Source: Hormiphora californensis
Taxonomy: Eukaryota > Animalia > Ctenophora
Assembly: GCA_020137815.1 (NCBI GenBank)
Contig: CM035361.1
Location: 2,542,001-2,606,000 of the forward strand
Length of the DNA stretch: 64,000 nucleotides
Reading direction: 5' to 3'
Made by a program: the position numbers and the translations under genes. Shown here one piece after another: positions 29,840 through 43,098 of the stretch. Position 1 is the stretch's first letter; every line of letters starts with the position of its first letter. Below the pieces are notes generated by a model, which made no database searches, was not told the origin of the DNA, and worked only from the letters and a program-made list of their open reading frames with translations.

Positions 29840-30363
29840 AAGACACGCTGTGTTTTGCGTTGAAAAGGACCTGTCTAGAAGCCGGTACATCTTCTTAGTC
29901 CATAGCACCGACTGCTTCCCATCATCTCCGTACCGGGTTTGCGGGAAGTTCATGTTGAGTAGGGTTCTTTACACACAACTTACACACCAGCATTTTGTTA
30001 TTGACCTGTTGAATGTTCAAATTAGTCTCTCTCAAATGGGAATGGGACCTAGCTGTGGTGCTAAGTTTCACAGGTGAAGCCATAATGTGCTGTGTGATAT
30101 CGAGAACCATCGAGTATACATTTTTATGGGATCTCAGCCACAGTAAGGACCCGTGTAATATTCTTGAAATTGAGATGAGAACAATTAATTCGGAAATCAG
30201 GGGTTTAGAATGTAAAATTTTACCTCGAAGTGTGGATTCTCCTTCGGGATATCAGGCAAATTGGTACAATCATTCAAAGGCAGAGGCGCACGTGTCACCT
30301 CCTGCTTCCTTCTTCTCGGTCGTTCTTCCTCTGTAGCGGGTGTAGATGTCGGGGGTTCATTAA

Positions 30364-32106
30364 CCCTTTGAGGCCCATAGTGATTGGCTGAACGAAATTT
30401 TCTAATTTTTCCCAGATATACCTAGCATGATACTCTAAGATTAGGCGAAAAATAGTTTTTCAAATCGGTTCATTACTTTTTCAGATACAGCATGGGTCAT
30501 ATATGACCCTCTGGGTCGTTTGGGAAGTTAAGAATTTCAAGCGGCCTAGGGGTCCTCCATATGCCTTCCAAGCCACAAAATCTGGTTAGTCAGTGCCCTA
30601 GAGATGAAACGAGTTGACAGGAACCGTTACATGACCTGAATTGACTGATTTCTCTAATTAGGGGTAGGTTTCAGGTCATATGACACCCTGGGTTGTTCAT
30701 TGCACATCACCTCACATGTGTTATTCAGGCTTTGGACGCCGTTTATGATCAAATAAGATGCTAAACCCTCAGTAAATCATCACATTAGTGGGGGTAGAGC
30801 ATCAAATTAAGTCCCTATCTCGACCACTTATCGAGATAATTGGGTAATTATGTCATTATCATCATGCGCATAGCTCCAGTTTTGGGAGAAGTTTTGGGGC
30901 AAATGAGGGCACTAAAACGTGTAGAATCATCGCATTAGTGGGGGTAGAGCACAAAATTAAGTCCCTATTCCTACTTCTAACTGATATAATTGGATAATTA
31001 GGTAATTGAAGGTTGTGCAACTACCATGCTTCACCGAAGCGCACGGTAGGATCATCCCTACAGCCTAATAACCCTCATACTTGACCCAAACCTATTTTTA
31101 GCGACCTTTGACCTGTTTTATTTCACCTCTTTTCACTTTAAAGTAATCTGAACTTTACCGTTAGGATACAATCTGATGCAGAAGTGATGTATGATCAGGA
31201 CCAGCCTGAACCGTGCGCTTCGGTGAAGCATGGTAGTTGCACAACCTTCAATTACCTAATTATCCAATTAGATCAGTTAGAAGTAGGAATAGGGACTTAA
31301 TTTTGTGCTCTACCCCCACTAATGCGATGATTCTACACGTTTTAGTGCCCTCATTTGCCCCAAAACTTCTCCCAAAACTGGAGCTATGCGCATGATGATA
31401 ATGACATAATTACCCAATTATCTCGATAAGTGATCGAGATAGGGACTTAATATGATGCTCTACCCCCACTAATGTGATGAATTACTGCGGGTTTAGCATC
31501 TTGTTTGATCATAAACGGCGTTTAAAGACTAAATTTAACATGATAGGTAGTTTTCCGTGAACGACCCAGAGGGTCATATATGACCCTAAACCTAGACTAA
31601 ATCGTAGAAATCGGTCAATACGGTTCATGAAACGGTTCCTGTGGAATTGTATAATCATTAGGGCACTGAATAACCAGTTTTTGAGACTCTGAAAGCATAC
31701 GGAGGACTCCCAGGCCGTTTGAAATTCTTAACTTCCCAAACGACCCAGAGGGTCATATATGACCCGAAACCAAAAATTGAGTTTTCTTAGTCAAAAATGA
31801 ATATTTTTTGATGCCGTTTGTTCTAGCAGCTCCATTTAATCTACTAGTATATTATTCTAGAAGGAAATTAGTTTAGGACAATTCATCAGGAAATGAGACC
31901 TAATTAGAAAAAATGACCGAAGTGGGGATCATTTAGTCCTAATTAGGAACTTCCTCATACAACTTGGCATGAAAATGTCCCGATTTATAGATAGAGAATC
32001 GTTCAAGCTACCACCTGGCATTTTATTTTAGGCCAAAACTTTATCAGGCTTGTCGCTAGGAAGCCTCAAACTTTTGGACATATATGACCCTGTGGGCCTC
32101 AAAGGG
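30364..32106. mobile_element. Non-autonomous piggyBac element with a large internal inverted repeat (~30495-31047 vs ~31211-31765)
   Basis: TTAA|CCCTTTGAGGCCCA...TGGGCCTCAAAGGG|TTAA. Confidence 0.92.
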
Positions 32107-32294
32107 TTAACTGGTAATTAGCCAGTGCCCTAGTTACCGCAGCATCCACGCACTTCGTAATTTGGTCCATATCAAATGGTACTGGTGCTTGTACTCCCAG
32201 TTGACAGTTCCCGCATCACTTCGCTCACAGTATCTGAGAAGGGAGGGGTAGATCATAGATTGGATTTTATGGAAGAAAATAAGTTGGAAAGATA

Positions 32295-33028
32295 GTGGAT
32301 AGAGAGTTTAGAGACGCTCTGTCTCTGAGATATGACCTCCCTCTCCACGAATTCCCCAACCACTGTGCATGTGGCAAACTAAACTCGATCGAACACAGTC
32401 TAAGCTGCTCTCGTGGAGGTTATGTCAACCTTAGACATAATCAGATGCGTGATCTCACTGCGAACCTCTTAGCTGAGGCTGGGTGTGGGGATGTTGTGAT
32501 CGAACCCCACCTTCTTCCACTAACTGGAGAGGAGTTCAAATACCGTTCCGCCATCACCACCGAAGAGGCTCGATTAGATGTCTCAGCACGTGACCTCTGG
32601 TCTCCTATGGCAAAGCTATTCCTTGATTTCCGCGTCTTTAACTCTCGAGCCCCCACCAATCAATCTCTTCCTATTACCAAGGCTCTCAAGAAACACGAGG
32701 ATGAGAAGAAGCGAGCATATGGTGAACGAGTCTTGCACTGCAAGACTTGCAGATCGAAAAAAGTTCCTTCACACCGGTTGTCTTCTCGACATCAGGAATT
32801 ATGGGCGATGAAGCAGACAAGTTCTATAAGAAGCTTGCTTCTAAACTTTCCGATAAAACGAAACAATCCTATCCCGACTCTATCCGGTACATTAGGCAAC
32901 GATTATCATTCTGCCTCTTGAGGACACTTGTGATCAGTCTAAGGGGTCACCGTGGCACTAGCCCAAAACGTTTCAGCTACAGGAATGATATTAACATTTT
33001 ATACATGATTAAAAACAATTCGAATTAA
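32295..33028 (+). mobile_element. 5'-truncated CRE/SLACS-clade non-LTR retrotransposon 3' end (CCHC zinc knuckle plus restriction-like endonuclease), frameshifted
   Basis: FRDALSLRY...CACG...HSLSC..GG...RHNQMRD, EP..L, ARLDVSAR, KHEDEKKRAY, FTPVVFSTSG.MG, IRQRLSFCLLR..SLRG.R. Confidence 0.88.
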
Positions 33029-33488
33029 TTTATTATATCCATTTTATGTACAGATAACCTTGATTTCTATATCCATTTTACTAATTGAACCGGTACCCCG
33101 GCTTTTGCAAAAAAAGATAGTGGATAACAATGGCATGTCACATGGGATTGATGCGTCATGAGTGATGGGCCATCACTGATGGCGCCTGGGGGAGGGGTTT
33201 TCGTTTGTTAACTTACCATGATGCGGGGACATCTCAGCAGCTGAATTATCGGTTGTGGTAGGCGGGGGTTCTCTTGTCAGCGGCTATTGGAGTGGGGGAA
33301 GGTGTCCTCTCGGTAGCGGCAGGGTTCCTCTTTGAAGCGTCCGGGTCCTCACGGCAGCGGTCCTCACGGCAATGTCCGGGGAAGGGGTCCTCACGAGTCA
33401 CGGCAGCGTCAGCGGTCCTCACGGCAGCTGGTCGATTTACGAGAACTCTGACATCTGTTGACCCCTTTGGCTTAGTAATGACGTTCTA

Positions 33489-34309
33489 TGGCGGTGCATG
33501 AGTGGCACTCATTGAGTGCACGATGAAATTTTCAACAAAAACATGAAAAAAAGAAAAAAAATGAAAAAGAAAAAAAGAAAAAATTTTAAAAAATGAAAAA
33601 AACGATTTTTGAAAATTTTGTGTGCACTCATGCGCCGCGTGAACGGCTCAAAAGTGCACGGTAAAAAAATTGTTCCATTTTTTTGACAAATGTTCATTTG
33701 CCTCAAATGTTGTTTTTAGACGTCGTCCCGCCGTCCGCCAAGCTTACCACGTCGTCTAGACCGAGGCTGTACCTGTCTAGACGTGTTTTACCCCAGATGG
33801 GCTTGAGACGGATTCAGATGGGCTTGAGACGGGCTAAAACAGGCTCAAACAGGCTCGAAACGGGATTGAAAGAGGCTTGAGACGGGTTGAAATAGGCTAA
33901 AGACTTGCGTTTTACGAGTAGCCCATCTCACGCCTGTTTCGAGCCCGTTTCAAGCCCATTTCAACCCGTCTCAAGCCCATTTGACTCCATCTCAAGCCCA
34001 TCTGGGGTAAAACACGTCTAGACGGGTACAGCCTCGGTCTAGACGACGTGGCAAGCTTGGCGGACGGCGGGACGACGTCTAAAAACAACATTTGAGCCTC
34101 AAAATTTGAGGCAAATGAACATTTGTCAAAAAAATGGAACAATTTTTTTACTGTGCACTTTTGAGCCGTTCACGCGGCGCATGAGTGCACACAAAATTTT
34201 CAAAAATCGTTTTTTTCATATTTAAAAATTTTTTCTTTTTTTCTTTTTCATTTTTTTTCTTTTTTTCATGTTTTTGTTGAAAATTCCATCGTGCACTCAT
34301 GCACCGCCA
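33489..34309. mobile_element. TA-flanked foldback element with ~350-bp arms and 11-bp internal subrepeats
   Basis: tggcggtgcatgagtg...cactcatgcaccgcca; mirror symmetry around about 33900. Confidence 0.82.
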
Positions 34310-34324
34310 TAGACATGCACCAAT

Positions 34325-34925
<601 letters not shown>

Positions 34926-35865
34926 TACGCCGAATTCGACAAAAAGGCCGAATACTACCTCGAAATTCTACATTGTGCAAAGGCCGAGTTACGCATATTG
35001 ACTTATTCTATGCCACATTGTCTCTCTAACATTACAGTTCGTTCCGTCCAAATCCTGCTAGAGAGAGATTGGAGATTCGAGGGTACGGGGAGAGATTCGA
35101 GGACGTAGGGAGAGATTCGAGAGATTCGAGGGTGTGGGGAGTCAGTTAAGTTAATATTTGGGTACAACACTTTGATCTCTCTCTGATCTCTCTCCGTTAT
35201 ACTTACTATAAAATTTTCCGTCCTTATATTATAATGTTAAAATATTGCTACATCGCATGAATTACGACATAATTTGGAGGGTGCGGGGGGGGGGGGATGG
35301 GGGGTCAAGAGAAGGGTGTGCACGGAGAGAGGGTGAAGAAAGGCAAAATTTGGGCAAAACACTTATCTGATATCTCTGCCCCGGTCCTGGGTACGAGCCC
35401 CCCCCCCCTTTCAATACCCCTTCCTGATCTAAGAACTCAGCCCATTATAATGTAAATCTTTATAGTTCTATCACCCCACCCCTCTTATTGTCCCCCACCC
35501 CTACATGGTAGATCCCTTTGTATCAAACAACAAATTAGAGCTGAGTGTGTTATCTCCGCTACTCAATATATACTTTTTGGTATCTCTAACAAAATCTTAT
35601 AACATTTCAAGCACCGGAGAAAATCTTTTACTAATTATTCCCCCAACTATTCTCAATTCTTCCAGGATTGTGCAAAATACTTTTTGCACATTTAATTTCA
35701 TAAAGAGCATATAATGCAAGGGTTGGACAGAGCAACTAACCACTAAATTTTCATTAAATTTCAGATGATAACTTTATAAAACTTTCAGGCAATGCCCGGA
35801 TACGTTTGACGAAGCTGAGTTGTTTAAGGGACCAGCTGCGAATGAGATCTTGGGGGAGTTCCTAA

Positions 35866-36449
35866 GGCTATAAGCATACTGATCGTGATGATCATAATCA
35901 GGTCAGTGTGCGGAGATTTTGATGGTCACCATCAAAGAAGCGCACACACTGATGGTTATCATCATGATGGAGGCTTGATGCATCATGATGTTCTCAAACC
36001 ATAGTGTGTTCACGTTTGATCATCATAAACCATAGTGTGCGCACGTTTGATCATCATAAACCATGCTCAACTTGCCTTTTGATCATGATCATCATGACCA
36101 GTGTGCTCAGCATGATGATGCTATCTCCCCCTTGCCTAGTCGCGCGCTCTGAGAGGCTGTTGCATATCACGTGACCTGTACAACAGCCTCTCAGTGCGCG
36201 CGATTCGTACCACGTGGTACATATCACATGACTACAGTGCAGCCCTCCATAAGAATAAGATCAGAACGTGCGCACACTAGGTGTTGATGATCATCATCCA
36301 ACTTAAGAGACGGCTCCGGGGCCAGCTCTTACGTGATGATCATAATGTTCCGCACACTGCAGTTTTTTGCAGATGATGATGATCAAAACCATGAGCACAC
36401 TTCATCTTTTTAACTGATTATGATCATCACGATCAGTATGCTTATAGCC
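35866..36449. mobile_element. Harbinger-like MITE rich in gatcatcatg/gtgtgc subrepeats
   Basis: TIR ggctataagcatactgatcgtgatgatcataatcag; flanks taa/tca. Confidence 0.75.
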
Positions 36450-36559
36450 TCACCCATTTCCGGAACATCTCCTCTATAATGGACTGTGTGACGTGCGACA
36501 AGTGCAGATTATGGGGTAAAATACAGGTATTGTATATGATATGCTATGATATATTATAT

Positions 36560-36710
36560 GGGGTTATGGGGTAAAATACGGGGGGTTATATGGTAAACTA
36601 CGTGGGGTTATGGGGTAAAATACGGGGGTTATGGGGTAAAATACGGGGGTTATGGGGTAAAATACGTGGGTTATGGGGTAAAATACGGGGGTTTATGGGG
36701 TAAAACACGT
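36560..36710. repeat. 21-22-bp minisatellite (ggggttatggggtaaaatacg)
   Basis: About 7 tandem copies. Confidence 0.88.
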
Positions 36711-39700
36711 GAGTAGCGATTCGGTTGGGGGAGTAAATGTGAAATGTTATCATTGTTAACATTGTTAACCCCTGTTCAGATCAGAGGTTTAGGGACAGCA
36801 CTAAAGATATTGTTTAGCCCCGGGGACGTAACTAAACTGGATCTCGAACGGGGAGAAATTCAGACCATCTTTAATGCTTTCAACCAGTAAGTAAATAATT
36901 AAATTAATAATAGTGAGCAAGAAAGATAGAGAAATCATACATGTCACAGTATCGATACCCATCCGGCTTATCGGGCACTATTATAGTGGTAGAGAATCAT
37001 GTATTGTGGTATATAAAGGGTCGTAAATGTAAGAGGTCATTCAAAAAGGACGTCCAGGGGTAGGGGGACGTAGCCAATTTCGGACATCTCTGGACAGGGG
37101 GGACCGGGGAGAGAGGGGGGGGGGGGGGTGATGAAGTTCGGAATTCTTGGACCGCTGGTTTCTTTTTTTTGTTACCATTTTGTTGTAAAACATCAACTCC
37201 ACTGAATATGTATTGTCCTTCACTCTCCTCGTCTCGTAGTTCTGAGAATGAGATAATGGAGGGAGGGCCAGAAACTGATAGCAAAATAACAAAAGTATCA
37301 CGATGCCCCTCCCTTGTTTTATTCAAACCCGTGGGGTGTGGAGAGAGAGAGATAGTGCTATAACACCAAACCCCCCTTGTTTCTGTAGATTATATAGAAA
37401 TATATATACTGATAGATAGAAAGATAATGGGGTGGGATCGTATGATTGACGATTTATCGATATATGAGTTATTATTAACTTATTCTTCGAGTTCAATAAC
37501 TATAAGATACAGGGTGGTTCAGAAACATGGAGCCACTTGGAGATAACGAATGTGACAATACAAATTGATCTCCAATGTATATATCTGTAGGTGTGAAGTA
37601 TCACCCTGTCAGTTGACTAGAAATTAATATCCCTAAGTGCTCTTTTTTCTATTTTTTTAAATAACTGTTATCTTCCTCCTCAAGGGCCAGAGAATAATAT
37701 TTTCGTAGGGAATTAAGTACAGTCGGACCCCGATTTAACGGCACCCTCGGGGGAAAGGGTTTTGTCCGTTAAATCGGGGTGTCCGCTAAATCGGGGTCAA
37801 ATACTGTTAATTTCCTATATCGGGGGAAGATTATGCTGCCGTTAAATCGGGGTGCCGCTAAATCGGGGGCCGATCTTAAATCGGTAGCTAACGAATAAGC
37901 AAATCCTGATTTACTGTGAACTCGCCTTGTGTAATTTTACGATCTTCTGATTCAAAACATACACAATCACACCCCACCCTTCACCCATTATGGTTGAAGC
38001 TATATCCACTTCTGCTAAAAACAATTATCCACAACTACCTCTTTACCCCTTTGAACATTAATTTTGACAAGGGAAATCTTCAACCCCATTCACTTCACCG
38101 GCCACCACTAAATAAGGCAGCCTGTATTTTTTGGTTTTTATGCCAAGTGGTACTCAGTTTCTTGACACTCATAATTCAATACATATTCATATAACATTCA
38201 TATTTTCATTTCCATAAACTTCTCAATACATAAATTGCGATGTTATACCACCATGAATTTCCAGTATAACCATATCCTCTACAAACCCAAACATTCAGTT
38301 CAGTGTCACCACTCCCTACCAACGTACAAAATTCCGGAGAGAGATCTTTCAGGATTGACCGGAAGAACGTAGCTTCCAGAGACTTCCCGACCGATTGCGG
38401 AAACGAACTGATTGGTTGGATGATGCCTTTGGAACGCGGATCAGGAAATACCGGTCCCTGATTGGCGATAATCAGTCACGGACCTAAAAGCGAGTATTGT
38501 ACCAGTCCCTGTATTGGCTGATCGGTCCTGACTCGACTCTTTGTTTAGTGGTTCGGATCGTTCGGAAGACCTGTTACAAATGGAAGGACCCTCTAATTCT
38601 TAGCAATGTAAACAGAACAGTTATACCTGGTATGGATAGGGTGAAGTGCATAATTTTGACAGGGGTTGAATAATGATGTTCTAATGTTATTGAGATGAAA
38701 ATGTTTGAATGTTACGGACGATAATGAATTAAGGAAATTTTCGGAGAAAAATGAACTAAGTTTGGAAAAACTGAAATTTATGGCTTTAATAGATCGTGTT
38801 TGAATTCGGATTGATTTAGAATTTATGCTACGAATATCTTTCATGAGTTTTGGGCTGATTATGTTTATTAGTTTAATGTTGTAGTAGACTGTATTAATTT
38901 ATGCGAGTTTTTGTGTGTGTTAGTTGTGTGTTAAAGTACTGCAGTCGGACCCCGATCTACCGGGCAAAATGGCTTCCCCCGAGGATCCCGGTAAATCAGG
39001 GTCCGACTGTACTAATGAGAAGTATCATATATTGAGAATAATCCATAAAGGTTTCGTAATATATTAGCAGTTATATACAGTTTTCAGCAGTATTTGTATG
39101 ATGTCTGATTCACCAGCTGGATACAGTTGGACTTGATTTAGCTTGTTGGACCCCCGTACACACAAGTTCGATGCTCCAAAAGTTTGCCCCGGTAAGTTGT
39201 TTAGCCCTTAGGCTCACGGAAATCGGGATCCGGAAGGTTGTTTGTCACCAGTATTATTGGGTTTCACTTTGGGTTTCAAGTTCGGATCCGATTCTTGTTT
39301 TTATTGTAAACAGGATTGCATTTTGGGTTTTGTAGTTCAAAAGGCCTTCAGCACGGCGCCTTTTTAAACATTGGCTGTTGAAAAGATACGCTGAAACTCC
39401 TTCTGGAACGCTTCTTTTTGAATATTTTTCTACAAAATCCAAAAGGATGCTTTAAACTCTTCAGATTGTCTAACGAAAAAATAAAAAGGGGTTTTTTAAT
39501 TAGTACATGTACATGCATAACAGTCGGCACTGATTTAACTTTGCCAGTACTCGGGAAAATATGTATAGGGCGGCTGAAACATTTTAGCTTTGGTAATTGG
39601 GTCTGGAAACGGTCTGCTCTGTTTTTGTGATATTTTTCTTTTTCCAATTAAAAGTCACGCACAAAAATGTGTTCGATTTAAAACCCTGATAAATCGAGAT

Positions 39701-42688
39701 AAAAATGGTACAAATTATGGAACGAGCTTTAGAACATGATAATTACATTGGTACATTGCCAACATTACTCGTTCGGGAATCGATTCACGCTCTCAGTATC
39801 AGGTACAAATGCACCAACTAGTAGGGTGACCAACTATCTATATTGGTCATGCAGGTTGCTTGTACATGTAAATCCTGGGTCGAACCTACTGATTCTTGGA
39901 AATAGTGTCAATTTATATATGATGCTTTAAGGAAGAAACCTCGAGAAACGTGAAACGGTAGGTAAAGAAAATGGGAGCGGAGCTAAAGAACAGATACATG
40001 ACAGGTACCAGAATATCTCGCGTAGGAGATGATCAGGACGACGTCGACATGTATAATGAGACAAAGAGACAGAGAGAGAGAGAGAGAGAGAGAAGAGAGA
40101 AAGAGCGAAGAGAGAGAGAGAGAGAGAGATAGAGAGAAGAGTCGAGAGAAGAGAGAGAGGAGAAAGAGAGAGAGAGCGAGAGATAGATCGTCTTTCCTCA
40201 GTCATTTACTGAGCTCTCATCTATAGAGTATGACATCATATCATAGCCATCTAGCTCGCTAGATTCACTCAGACGACGGTTCAAGTAACAACTCGCAGTC
40301 ACACTTTTACTTAGTACCTTTCCTGTTGCCTACGCCGAAGTAAATGTAATTTAGACGTTATTGTAACCTGGATGTCGCTCGACGAGTCTCCACCGCCACC
40401 AAGCCTCGTGTTAGTCATTTTCATGAGGTTAGAGGTTTATGAGCAATCCCGATTACAAATGGGATGTCGCGGAGATTCTCTTGCGACCATCCCATAACTT
40501 ACGTGTTATGTCCATTGTTCCATGGGTAGAATTATATTCGGCAAAAAGCCAAACCCCTCCCTGAAATCCGGGATTGATGTGGCCTTTATGATCTGGATTT
40601 TTTGGCTTTTTTCCCGAGAATTTCTGGATTTTTTTGATCTGGCTTTTTTGATCTGGCTTTTTTGATCTGGCTTTATTTGTTTTTTGTATCTTTTCACCTA
40701 AATTGGGCCAAAAGAAACCCTTAAATATTGATCTGGCTTTTTATGCCCTCTCCCTCCTATGATGTGAGTTGAAATTTGTTTATTGCACGTCTTCACTTCG
40801 TCACTAACATTAGGACTCAGGGAAAATCAAGAAAACCAGTCTGAAATTAGATGAAACAGGAATCTTTTTCCCCCGTTCGCGTCCACTAATAAGTTGAAGA
40901 TCTTAATTTCGGGCAAGGGACCACTTTTGTATCAGTCACATATCATTAGGTTAGGGGAAATTAGTATTCAAATCGAAAACATAGTGATTTTACTTAATTA
41001 AGCACATCTTCGTTTCCCTCCCGTCGGCCTCAGCCAGATAAATCATAGATTCAGTACATTCGTGACATGGGCCAGATTTTAATCCATTAAACTATCACTT
41101 GATTTCCGGGAAAAATAAATTTCCATAAGCGACAAGGACCCCGGGATTTCCTATTAGCCTTTCTCAGTTTCCGTAATCGGGTCGGGACTTCCGCTCGAAT
41201 CGACCTGAGTAATATAGACTATAGTCAATACTAGCCTTTATTAGTTACATGATTCTGACTATGCTTAAAGTAACTAATTGCCTAGACACACTGTTGAGCG
41301 GTAAATGGATTGCTGTACCCTTCCCTGTCGGCCAATCTCTGACGCCCTGCACAGATAGTTGAGTTTATCTATCAGAAATGTTTTAAATACATTTAGTATT
41401 TGGCTTATATTATGTGCTTAAAATACAATATATATATACTTTCAATTTCAGCTATTAATGGCATAAAATACCCGGTTCTGTTCTTTTAGCAATCCAGCGA
41501 TGTTGGGAGACCGAGTAAATTGGATATGTCTATGTAACCCTTCACGACCACTGTCGGGCCAATGCTCTGACGACTCCTGCACCAGACCATGCTAGGTGTG
41601 ATTTTCATCTACTGGAAATTTGTTCGTGAAAATCCATTTGGGCATTTGGTGTGATTTGGCCCTGTGGTTACATGTTCGCTTAAAACAATAGCAAATAGTA
41701 GGGTATATACTTTCCACTTTCAGTATAGTAATGGCTATAAATATACCCGGTTCTATTTACTATTTAGCAACTCCACGCGATGTTTGTGATGTTACCATGA
41801 AAGAAATATTGAGGGCACATGGTTGCCGCAATATCCCTTCGATCGATCAAACGAAGCTTTTCGCAACTATATAAGAATACGGCCGCTTTTGTTATTTTAC
41901 TTTCTTTGACGTATTCTGTTAAAGCCCCGCGGTTCTATTTTCTATTAGGGCAAAGTTAAAAGTTCTCACCCCCACAGTTATATGGTAATAGTGAAGGCTT
42001 TTGTTATCATTTTGAGCCAATTTAGCCCCCTTCTCGAACAACCGATTTTGCTTTGGTCAATATAGGGTATCATTCCCTTATTGCTATATTACTGTCACCG
42101 TGATGCTTATACAGTCGGACCCCGATTCAGGGGCCCCCGATTTAGTGGCGCCCGGCCCCGATTTAGGGACATGATTTTTTTCCCCCGATATAGGAAATTA
42201 ACCTTATATTTGACCCCGATTTAGTGGACATCCCGATTTAGTGGACAAAAGCCTTTCCCCCGAGGGTGTCCCTATAAATCGGGGTTCGAATGTAACAACA
42301 CACATTCCCATTACGTTTTTCAATGGCCATAACAATCCAAATCTATTCATTCCATCCCATTGTATTGCAATCCTTAGCTCAACAAGAAAATAGCCCGAGG
42401 TTGGCGCCCCCAATTTATAAATAATATCGGCAAAGCGTTTGCGTTAAAGCACTTTACTGTTTTGACGCCCATCTGCTAGCTTTGATACTTGTAAAATGAA
42501 AGAATTGAAAGAACAATAGCCCCCCTTTATAGCCCCCTTAACAATTGTTGGGGGACGGAAGCTCTCATTGGGAAGCTCTAACGCGTTACAAGCGTGACAT
42601 CACGTGGTACAAGCCCCCTTTTTAAATCCCCGCTGTTGTTGGAGATTAAATAACAACCATTAAGTATATTGTTCATATTCTTCTACGC

Positions 42689-42906
42689 GGTGTGCGGACT
42701 CTAGTGCTAAAATCACGAAAAGCGAACTCGAGATTTCGGCCGTTAGGCCGGAAACGAGAGTTGTGCCTTTATACTCATTTAGAAATCAGAAGTGTCAGGG
42801 CCGTTATTTGGGTTCGAAGTTATGGGTTAGGGTAAAGGTTAGGGTTAGATATAGAGTCCTCCTTGGGTTTAGATATAGAGTCCATTAGCACTAGAGTCCG
42901 CCTACC
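42689..42906. mobile_element. Third MULE-like MITE family with a TTAGGG core
   Basis: TIR gg(tgt/tag)gcggactctagtgctaa; 9-bp TSD cttctacgc (42680-42688 / 42907-42915). Confidence 0.82.
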
Positions 42907-43098
42907 CTTCTACGCATGTGTTTGAAGCCCGTCAATGATCAAACTGGCCAATCTGTACACATTTGTATAGAATCTACAATCTACATAAGTAGTAGATTCT
43001 ATATTTACCAATTACCACTTTTTTAAAATCCTAAATCCTAATATGTACTTGGATCAGCCCTATGTCCATACACTTTCCTTAATTTCCCCTATTTTCAT

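Larger units (their letters stand above)
27410..33470 (-). pseudogene. Decayed, intron-containing hAT-superfamily transposase gene (ZMYM/ZNF862-like), interrupted by nested insertions; boundaries approximate
   Basis: Exon-like pieces: MLVCKLC...H (about 30000); GNMGHNDHLPPKVIDT...LGQFLNENDFTVTADMG (28572-28746; first catalytic D region); DGDTLGKLVYDSICALD...FKGVCYDGQ (28240-28432; second D region). Stops and frameshifts elsewhere. Confidence 0.62.
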
